DNA from: Lepidodermella squamata
Taxonomy: Eukaryota; Animalia; Gastrotricha
Assembly: GCA_047495785.1 (NCBI GenBank)
Contig: JBLDXI010000021.1
Span: 2,480,001-2,544,000 of the forward strand
Length of the DNA: 64,000 bases
Direction of reading: 5' to 3'
Shown: positions 1 through 9,806 of the stretch, piece after piece
Layout of the letters: each line of letters starts with the position of its first letter
Position numbering within the stretch: the first letter of the stretch is position 1
The notes under the pieces: model-generated
What the model saw: the letters and a program-made list of their open reading frames with translations, nothing else
Databases searched by the model: none
What the model was told of the DNA's origin: nothing
Position numbers and translations under genes: made by a program

Positions 1-858
1 GCGACGAGAAAGAAAAACGCGGCAATGGCGACCCCGAGCCAATCGAAGTCGACGAGAACGCTAAGAGTGACGTTGATGTAGAGCGGCAGCGGCGCATTGA
101 GGAGAGTTTAAAAATGCGTCAGCGCCAAGTAGCCGAGTCTCTGAGTGGTGCATTGCGCGACCGAGAAGCGATGGTTGAGCGGCACAAGAAGCACGAAGCT
201 GAGGACCTTTTCAAAGCCTTGCTCGCAGATCTTGTGCGCAATGCTGATTCGTCGTGGCATGACGCAAAGAAACAGGCGAAACGCGACGCTCGGTGGGACG
301 CGGCGGAAAAGCTGTTGTCGAAAGATGACCGAAAACGCCTGTTCAAAGACCATGTGGCAGCTTTGCAGAGCAAGGCTCGCGAACTTTTCCACAAAATGCT
401 CGATGAATGCCCCAGCTTGACTCTTTCCTCCAAGTGGGTGGAAAATATAAAGCCTGTTGTGGAGTCAGATCCGCGCTGTTCACGCTTTTCGACGTCAGAC
501 CGGCGTTGTGAGAAGGAGTTCGAGGTCTACATGGCCCGGCGGGTGAAACGTGCCAAAGATGACTTTCATAATCTGCTCAAGGAAACGAAGCTCATTACTC
601 ATACTACATATGTCACGATTAAGGAGGACGATTCTAAAATGGATGAATTGCGAAAGCTACTCGCGGTAAGGAATGACTTGAAAGTGACTGCCTTCATAGT
701 TTGATTTCATTTGCGTGTTTCAGAACGATCGCCGTTACCTCGACTTGGAAAGTCTCGGCCGCGAACGCGATGATATCTTGTTGGATTACCTACGCGACCT
801 CGACGCTAGGGGTCCTCCGCCGCCGCCTACTCAATCGGAACCGGCGAGGCGGCACTGA
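1..858 (+). CDS. TCERG1: Transcription elongation regulator 1 (FF-repeat protein), 3' part; 5' end lies outside the window
   Basis: Tandem FF domains in ORF 114..704. Intron 666..723 (gtaag..cag). Last exon reads NDRRYLDLESLGRERDDILLDYLRDLDARGPPPPPTQSEPARRH*, matching the TCERG1 C-terminus (RGPPPPPT.SEP). Confidence 0.93.
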
Positions 859-1078
859 ACGCTCGCGTCTTGCCTCAATGTGTAGATTTGTTTATTGTTA
901 TTATTATGTCGCTGTTTTCGCTCACTTGATGTCATCGCTTGCGTGAAACGTGCTCAAATCAGTACTATGTTAACGAAGATGATCTTGGTATCAGGTGGGT
1001 GACTGCGACAGCTCACCGCAATTCTGTAAACAAATGCCTTGGATAATAAAAATGCGATTTTTTTCACAATGTGTTGTA

Positions 1079-1535
1079 CTGTGTACTGTGACCCATATAC
1101 AAGCCGCTGCAAGGATGCAATCGTTCACAATTTATGTCTCAATATGCCGACATCAGACGTCGCGCCACTTGCGTGTAATGACCACTCAATTCGAACGGGA
1201 AGGGACATATGGGACATTAGTGACATCATTCTCGAGAGACTGGCCTGCAGTCCTCGAGGATTTTCTTCCATGCGCAAATTACAGGCGAAATGGGCTCGAG
1301 TTCAGAAAGTTTCAAAGCCTCCGCCTTGATTGCGCATTCGCAGGTAATTCGCATGTCCCACTTATACGACGAGCGCAAAACTTGATGCTCGCAGTTCCAC
1401 ACGAAACACGCTACATCGCGCTTTGATCCGCCCAAAGTCTTGTGCAACGCGGCTTAGCGAGCGCGCAAGCCGCCTTCTGCCCGCCGGTTGACCCTCAACA
1501 AACAAAGGGAGGCCGGTAGCGAGGCATCCCATATC
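1079..1535 (-). ncRNA. Candidate structured ncRNA with H/ACA-type 3' end (telomerase-RNA-like or long H/ACA RNA)
   Basis: Dense run of helices whose non-Watson-Crick pairs are G.U on the minus strand. H-box ACATAA (1137-1132), 7-bp stem (1131-1125/1091-1085), then ACA (1084-1082). Identity is inference. Confidence 0.4.
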
Positions 1536-1708
1536 GTACATCGCTGTGATATTTTGGTATGATACAAGTCGCTGTGTGATATCTTAAAAATTTTCATTCA
1601 GACTCCGTTTACAAAACAGCTATCTAGAGCCACCCACCGATTCACGAATATTTTCACCAAATACTCATAATTAGTTCTAAAATATCAGTTTGGCCCCGGA
1701 AGTTAGAC

Positions 1709-3537
1709 ATGTTTCGGCATGGCCGACATGTCCAAAATCAAGCAGATAGCGCCGCTGAGCCAACAAGCAACTATCATGCCTCCGTCTATTCTGTAAATTT
1801 AAAGGTAAGTTCAATGATCCTTGAAAATACAGCTTATCAACTTTGTGTTTACTGCTTCAGAAGAAATGCAGCACGCCAAAAAACAAAATTTTATTGAAGT
1901 TGAGGTCAGCATCATCTGTCATCATCGAGAACGTAGGCGCCGAAGGCGGACATAATGAGAAGCCATATGACGAATTTACTTTGTCAATGCGGACTTTCGA
2001 AGCAAACTTCGCTGATGGTAACGTATTTTTCGATACATTTCGTTATCAATATAGAAGCATACCTATACAAATTATAACAGGCAGCCGAGTATTCTTTCGT
2101 CGCGACTGCTATCACCGGCTGTTGACAGTCAGTTGCGGTTCATCAGTCGTCATAGACGACGCCCCATTATTACAAATAAACGCAAATTCACAGCCTTCCT
2201 CGTCCGCCATTGCTTCATCACTGTCAGCGGCTTTTACGAGCTGCAAAGGCACAGGTTTAGCGTGGCTGTCACCTGAGGCAAGGGCAATATATGCCAAAAC
2301 TCTTGAGGTAATTTTCTTCGAAATGAGGTACCATGTAACTTCAAGAATTGCTTATCTATTTAGGTGCTGTCACATTGCGAGAAGCTTGAAGCCGCATTGC
2401 TTAGTATATTATCGCGCAGCAAGCACATCAAACTGCCATTTACAATCGGCAAAACGAAACTGCAGACTCCGGACTATCCTAATCGACAGCAGCCGTCAGA
2501 GATACATCCTTTTCACTCTTTTCTATGCCCGTACTGCACATTTTACCCCAATGGACGCCAACAGTCAAGTGCAGTAGTCGGCTTTGAGGAGTATAGCGCC
2601 AGCTTAGAGCCTGGCGTGGTAATCGAAGTAGGCAGCAGCAAAGATTTTTCGTCTTCTGGCATTGGTAAGTCAATTTTTTCGTTAGAAATTTAATAATAAT
2701 TAAGTTTCCACTAGCGAGTAAATCTATCTCACCGCCAAATTTCTTCACGGCGAAAGAGCTGCAACTTCGAAACTTGAAAGTCGAACAACTGGATCGACAA
2801 TCATCATTTCTGGGGTCTGCAAAAGATAGCGGAGAGGAAATTGACAATTCTTGCCGCAAAACTTGCGCATGCTGTAGAGATGACGTTCCGCATGGCGCGC
2901 CCGTTGACGATGCGTCATTCTTGGAGAGCGTTAAAGCAAAAGCTAACCAGATTGATTTACGCCCGAAGCAATTTAAAAAGGAAAATCGTAAAAAGGTAGC
3001 GAAACCGGCAAGCACTGTTGGCAAGTGCAAGTCAACTGCCTGCACGAGCTGTCTCAGCGATGCGATTGCCAAGGTGCAACTTACCCAACAGAGGCAGGAT
3101 AATGTCGCCACGAGTCGACCTTTGCCCAAATTGGGAGGTAAAGTGAGCAACAAAACAATATATGCAGAAGCAGAAACATCTATTTGCAAGCGATCTAAAC
3201 GCTCGCATACTGCCCAGCATCTAAAGCGTAATGGTAAAACTGCCCATGCTGGACAAATTACAAAATCAGTGGACAAATCAGCGGCTAATTCAGTAATCCG
3301 TTCAGCGAAGAGAACGACAGTTGCGCCAGCCCAAAACGGTAAATATCATTAGTCATTAGATGACTCAATTTATGATGACTTTTCGTCCTACCAGATTATG
3401 TGTGTACTCCAATTAGTCGATCTCGATCGAAAGGCAGCAAGAAACCCTGTCAGCATATTCGACTTTCGGGCGGCGAAAACGATATCAGCTGTGACCAAGT
3501 TGTAGAAATAGTGTATGGTGATGAATCGGTCGGTTAA
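1709..3537 (+). CDS. Hypothetical multi-exon protein with a basic, Cys-containing low-complexity C-terminal half
   Basis: ORFs 1709, 1843, 2364 and 2774 join in frame across short GT-AG introns (1805..1860, ~2309..2363, ~2664..2714, ~3339..3394; probable in-frame intron ~2018..2080). Last exon ends ...YGDESVG* at 3537. No family recognised. Confidence 0.65.
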
Positions 3538-3638
3538 TTTTCGCATCGTTGATCGCATTTTGAATGCCGATAAGTACTTGTAAGGAACTTTCTTCAATAA
3601 TTTGTGCAAAAGTACATGTAAATATGTATAAATAATAT

Positions 3639-5348
3639 GAGCCGTCACAAGTGAAAACCGTGGGTTAGGACATTTTTTTCGATTTTGAGTTGACATCAAT
3701 TTCTAGCTCGGTTTTTCATGCCCTTTTCAAATCTGAAAACCGTTTCTCAATATCCGCTACCATTGTGGAGATAATGAAGATTGAGTGAGCGCGCATAAAA
3801 ATTCTTAATTTTTCAGGAGAAGCAAAAAACAAAAAAACACAAATCGCGCATCAAATCGCAGAAAAAGTCAGCATTTCGCGCACAATGCAATGCTGATTCG
3901 TAGTTTCACGTGAACCTTCTACTTATGAGTAACTAATGCAACTTGAGCCGCAGATTCCGAATTTTGATGTAAAATGGGCGTAATAACCACCTATCATCTT
4001 CAAACTAGACATTTTTTGCGTTGCACCGATTGTTACATTTCCCTCGTTATTCTATCTTTAATCTGAATTGACTTCAGCTTTGTTAGTCCTGCGACCAACA
4101 CGCTGCGTTTGAGTCTCAGCCAACGCCAAAAGGCACGTCAACAATTTAGTGATAGCCATAAAGCCACACACTGCTAACTGCAAACGCAAGTTGAGATTTT
4201 GAGAACCTCTAATGCACGGTCCTCAAAATCTCAACGTGCATTCGAACGTGCTTCTTCCTAGCAATGAAAGCATAGCTCCACACAATATTAATGGCCGAAG
4301 ACGGTCGGCTGTGATTTAATTGAGATTTCTGCGCTAGAACTTCGATAGCGTCGTCTCAATGCCTAATTATAGCCAGCCTGGTAATAGAGGTTTTGATAGA
4401 GAAATTTTTGGCAATTTCGTCACCACTCATTACAATTTTGCGCCCTCGCCTCACCCCTGTATGGTAACCAAAGCAATAGATTCAGAGAGTAGCCATAATA
4501 ATGGAATAAGGAATAAGGGAATTATACAGGGAATTGTACCTGCGATCAAAGAGATAAATCGCAAACAAATTTTACGCGATATTGTCGTCCTCGGTGAAAG
4601 ATTTGAGCTTAGACACAACATTAATTTGCACTTAACCTGACGCTGCGAGAATCTGTGCCTTGATTATTTGCCCGGGACAACTCAGACGATTGAATCCTAT
4701 AGCCCTTAGGTGCCTTTTAAAATAGGGGTGAAATGCGTTTCTGCTTGCTACCAAGTCCCATTTAATTCTAGTCTACCAACTTAATCCTAGCGCACCAAGG
4801 GTTCTTCCACTAGTTCGAGGGACATCTAGTTTCTAGAAATTGAGATGATTTACGATAAAAGGTCGGGGAATAAGCCTCATGATACATGATCGGTGGGAAA
4901 GAGTGATGAAAACAACTAAAAAACGCCCATTTCATACCGCGAATTTTTGATCGCGCGCATTCGACGCAATGACGTCAAAGGTCAAGTTTGGAATTTATTG
5001 GCGGTTTTTGTGTCTAAAAAAACTACAAGCAACAAGCTTCAAAATGAATATGGGGTTCTCGCGCGAAAAATGCAATGGGAAAATTTTTTACGCGCGCCTC
5101 GCAAAAGTGCGCACAAGGTGACAAGTGTGTAAATTTTACATTTTTGACGCCTTCACAATAATAGCTTATATCATCAAAAGTACGCATCGGGGGTGAAAAC
5201 GGATTGCACCATGAGATTCCTCATGAAAAACTGCATTAGAAAATGATGAAAACTCATTTTCGACACATCAAACCTATCCAACCTCCTTTGCACTGTGGCG
5301 AAAGATTTACAGAAGTGCGTAACCCACGGTTTTCACTTGCGGCGGCTC
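3639..5348. mobile_element. Non-autonomous DNA transposon, Sola-like (GAG..CTC termini, ATAT TSD)
   Basis: TIRs GAGCCGTCACAAGTGAAAACCGTGGGTTA (3639-3667) and TAACCCACGGTTTTCACTTGCGGCGGCTC (5320-5348), 2 mismatches. Flanked by ATAT on both sides. No transposase ORF. Confidence 0.8.
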
Positions 5349-5985
5349 ATATCTAAATATTTGGCTCTCCAGTATTTTATGTGAAGCAACAGATTTTGTG
5401 TTGGATCTTTGAGTGCGATGTCGCGCAGTATATAATACTTTGTTGATAGGCTAAAACCTACTTAATGCGATACGTATATTTCAAGCAACAGTGTATATCT
5501 CAGGGTATGCGTCGAGGTTTCTGGCAACTTGAATATTGCTCTCACCCACAATAATTTTTTTGGGAACTGTTGTACTTATGTTGCTATTCCAATGATGATC
5601 ATACTGTGATTACTGTTGCTTTTGTATTATTTAATCTGCACTTATCTTATGCGTAGTGTTCGCTATATCTTCTCATGAATACTGTATTTTGGTGCGGCTT
5701 TACATTCGTCAAGTAACTGGTAATGAGATCGGGTTAAAATAAAAGAATTCTCAAGAAATTCTGTTTCAGCTCCAATCAAGCAGTGAAATTAAAAAATTGA
5801 ATCATCGAGTAAAAAACCAAGTAAAACAGAGAAAATTTCTCATTAGGTCGGGTTGATACACTTAACAGCTTGGGTGAACTTATTGTGCCATGCCACATTT
5901 GCTGGCATTCCGAGCGACCTGGCAAAAATTGTCAAGTTATACCGTGGCGCAATCTTAATTTAGCCAACTCGCTGAATAACCCATT

Positions 5986-6182
5986 CAGGTAGGACGTCAA
6001 AACAGCGAATACGCAGAACAGCAAAACTGACATAACAGCGAAAGCGACAAAACAGCGAAAAATCCTCCCTAAAATGCTGTGTAATGTGCGATATTAAAAT
6101 CGCTGTTATGTCGCAAATTAGATTTTTCGCTGTTTTTACGCGTTCGCTGTTTCGGGTATTCGCTGTTATGGCGGTCTGCCCC
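5986..6182. mobile_element. Small palindromic MITE-like element
   Basis: Four AACAGC(G/A)A motifs on the left mirrored by four TCGCTGTT on the right; degenerate termini. Confidence 0.6.
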
Positions 6183-6346
6183 AATTCAACCATTAAACTC
6201 AGTGAATAGCGTAAAAAAATTTAACCGTTTCACATAGAACAACAGAGCAACAAGCAACTTTTATTGGTTTTTCCAAATTATACGACAGACAACGAAGATT
6301 ATCAAAACTAGAAAACAACTCTCGCAAGAAACAGCAACTGAATGAT

Positions 6347-8201
6347 CTACCACGAGCTTCCAACAGAAGAGCCCGCACAGAGTAGGCTGAGACCGCACCG
6401 ATGTAGTCCTCGCTTGTATAAATCAGATGAACTTCGTTCAACACTAACAGCATTGTTAACGTGAGCGCTATTCGAGCCAGCTAGCTCGGCGATGCCGTTG
6501 GGAGTTCTCGACAAAGCTGATCGGGTTGTGAACGGGGCGTTGTTCTGTTGCCGCAGGGAATTCAAATAAACTGCCGATGCGTGTTTGATTGGGTCCATCA
6601 GAGCAGCTAACATTTTGTCATATAGGTCACCCAAATGCACCGTTGCGGCAGCGGCGAGGTGTAAAATTGATTCCTTGGCAGGCCTTGAGTTCCAAGCCTC
6701 GCACTCAAACTGATAAATTTAACCATAATTTGAAAGATAACACAGGGTAATCCCAATGCTAACCTGAGCAGTCAAATATCTGTGTTCCAATAGATCCAAG
6801 TCCTTGCCTCCGGGGCAGTATTCATACAATAAGTCGAAAAGTGTCCAGGTGTTCCGGGGTACTTTTCCAAAAGAATCTCTCATGAAAAGACAACTTTTCA
6901 TTGCCTGCAAAAAAGAGGAAAATTACTAATAGCGCAATATCAACCGATAAATCATGGTCTTTTCAATTCATTAGCGCAAAATACAGTTCAGGTTGGAATT
7001 TACGCTTGTTTTACATGATGTCTGGGGTAAAAATGATTAAAATCCTAAAACCGCATCAGACTATTTGAGCAGCACCAAAGACAAATTAAGGCACGCTATA
7101 AGAGAAAATCTTACAGCAGTGTCGCAATACAAATCCAGATTAATATTGCAGCAGTGATACAAGGAGTCGGCCGCAGTGCGACTGTCATGCATGATTTTCC
7201 GCGGCACTCTGTCGGACGGCGATGAAAGGAACTCCGCTAACCCACAGTCGATCATGGAAGCAGTGTTCATATGGCGCACGTCAAACAATATAACACCGAT
7301 CGGCGTCGCTACCTAAAATTAATTAGAAAGAAATGCGGCTAAAATTTTGTAAAAAAAACGGACTTACTGTTATCCATGATGGCCTGTTAGTGCGAGACAG
7401 AGCAGTACCAAATACGCCAAGACCCACTCGAGCCAAGGATCTCGACATCAAATGCCGAATAGCGCTAACAAAGTTGCGATCACCTGGATTTTCCAGTACT
7501 ATGTACTTATTCGAATCGGTCATTTCACTGACTAGAAAATGGCGATGAAGATCAGTGTGTAATAAAAGTTCGAAATCTAACAATCTCTAACACGCTCCAA
7601 CTTGAGCTGGTGATTGCTGGCTTCGATTTGGAATGCATCGTCGGCAGGGAAAATCGATGATAGATCTGGTGCAAAGTTGTCTGAGATTACTTCTGACGCC
7701 TGGCCCCTGCTCCTGAACCGATCTGAACGAGCTGATTGACCGGGTCCATTGAATCTTCGTGTTCGTTGAGCTGCACCAGCAATATTTTGTTCAGCCGAGT
7801 TATAAATAGAACTGACCAAGAAACATTAGCCTTTGCAAAAATATTGTATTCAAGTTTACAACTTACACGGGGTCGTTTGCCAGTTCCGACGGGCTGCCGC
7901 TCAATATTTGAATGGCTTCAGTGTAAAGTTTGTATTAAATACGCGAAAGTAAATCCACAGGAACTTACAGCGGTCAACGATGGAGTCTTTCGATATCTTT
8001 ATTCTGGGCAATGATTCTGAAGAGCCATTAGGGTCGATGAACTCAACCTCTTCAAGCATGAGCTTCCCTTGTATAACGCTAGTAACTGAAGAAAACGCTC
8101 AATTCAGACAAGTGCTGCCAAAACACATCTACGTTACCTGTTCCCCGGTAGATGCCGTCCAGGGTTCGCAATTCAACACGCTTTCCGGAATAAGAGCTCA
8201 T
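6347..8201 (-). CDS. EXD1: piRNA biogenesis protein EXD1 (N-terminal Lsm-like domain + DnaQ-like 3'-5' exonuclease fold)
   Basis: Spliced translation MSSYSGKRVELRTLDGIYRG... YIVLENPGDRNFVSAIRHL..GVFGTALSRTNRPSWITVATPIGVILFDV..KIMHDSRTAADSLYH..DT..AWNSRP..YLNSLR follows the EXD1 motif order (WLQVAT..YLFD, KVIHDCR, FDTQ, W..RP, YLN). Confidence 0.85.
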
Positions 8202-8254
8202 TTTTAAAAACTCTATACAACAAGTAAGGTTAACTATTGAGTAAGTTATGGTAA

Positions 8255-9806
8255 TTATTTATCAAGGCGCATTTTCTTGGCACCAAGGTGGGTCGCCCCC
8301 GTCGTTTCAGCGAACTCCGAATGTTCAACAGCGACCACTTCCTCCTTGATGCCAGATGAGCTCTCAACGGCTGATGTCTTCATCTGATTCTCTTCGCTGT
8401 CGTCTTCGTCTTTGCTATCATCGTCATCGTTTTCATCTTTGACTGTTTCCATGCCCCATAAATCGGTTTCAGCTTTGCAGTTCTGCAAAATTAAGAATAA
8501 CATGATGACTGAAATACGAAAATATTATCACTTGAGTGGTCTGGCCGTCGCGTGAAATGAGCAACTTCCACGGCAAATCAAAGTTGACATTTAACAATTC
8601 TTCAAACGAGATGTGGTCGTCATTTAAGGACCCTCTGGAAAACAAATATTTGATGACCTGTCATTTGCCAAGACGCATTGAAAACTAACGATTTTCTATG
8701 TTTTTTAACGAGATCCAGTTTCTCGGTTAACATAATGGTTAATTGTTGAATGTGTCTTTCAGCAATCGTAATACAAGACTGGAGCTAAAATGAGACAAAT
8801 GGGGCTACATAGGTTTATAGAATTAATAGCAATGAAATAAACCTGTTGAGCTGATATTTTTCTCTTCGACACTGATTTCAACGCGCAAACTTCTTGACGG
8901 GCGTTCACGGCGATATACAGCTTGCTCTCAGCGAGACGTTCTTCGGTTTCAGTAGGATCAACAATAATTGTCTTGCCATCGTGAAACAAACAAAAAGTCG
9001 TGAAAAGGGGGTAGTGATTCATGACAATCGGCTGCATAGTCTTCTCGAAAGAGCTCCAAACTCGTAAGCAGCGACCCTCGGTGCACGTTGCTGGAAGGGC
9101 GAAATCAGCCAACGACGATATTGCTGCTAATGACGCGCAGTCGAGCACGTTGCCATCAGAGTTAAGTACCGTTAGGTTAACAGTAATTTTCCAAACCTTA
9201 AGTTAATAGGTAATGGACTTGGTAATAAATGGAATAAGAAAAAATTCCCCCACTTTCTCGCCAGAAATAATACAGAGCGATTCCAAGTCGATACTACCGG
9301 ACTGTAGTATTGATTCTTGCAGAAGAGAACGCAGCTCATTGATGTATTCTTGAGGGCTAAGCATGAACGTACGAAATACCAAATTTTAGGTTAAGGGAAG
9401 GCTTTTACCGTGTGGATGTGTCAGATACAGCAACCGGTGTGAAAAAGGCAAAGTTTATATTAACGATACCTTCGGATGGTCGCGACCCTTTGGGCTCAGC
9501 AATTTCGGCGTTAACTTTGGATGAGACGCTAATAAGCAGCAGAGAAAATAAAATAAAAAAATAGAAAATATGAAGAATCATACATTGTAGAACCGATGCG
9601 AGCGGTAGTGGAGCCTTGCGAACCAATTCTAAGATACACTTCACGATATTGGATGAGCTTTCTAAGATCGAGTCTCTAAACGGAAACAAAAATAAACAAC
9701 TGTCAAAGGCGCAAGGCAACGCTAAGTAATAGCTCACCCAGCCAAATCCCAAAGCGTCTAGTTGACAATGTCGGACACAATTCGCATTAATATCTTGACC
9801 CTTCAT
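8255..9806 (-). CDS. EXOSC9: Exosome complex component RRP45
   Basis: RNase PH-type motifs across exons: RLDLRKLIQYR, RPSEGIVNIN, IDLESLCIISGEKV, NSDGNVLDCASLAAISSL, IVDPTETEE; acidic tail. Confidence 0.9.

Noticed and set aside
995-1447. Overlapping ORFs of 73-143 aa
   Set aside because: No protein motifs or splice context; the sequence is better explained by RNA helices.
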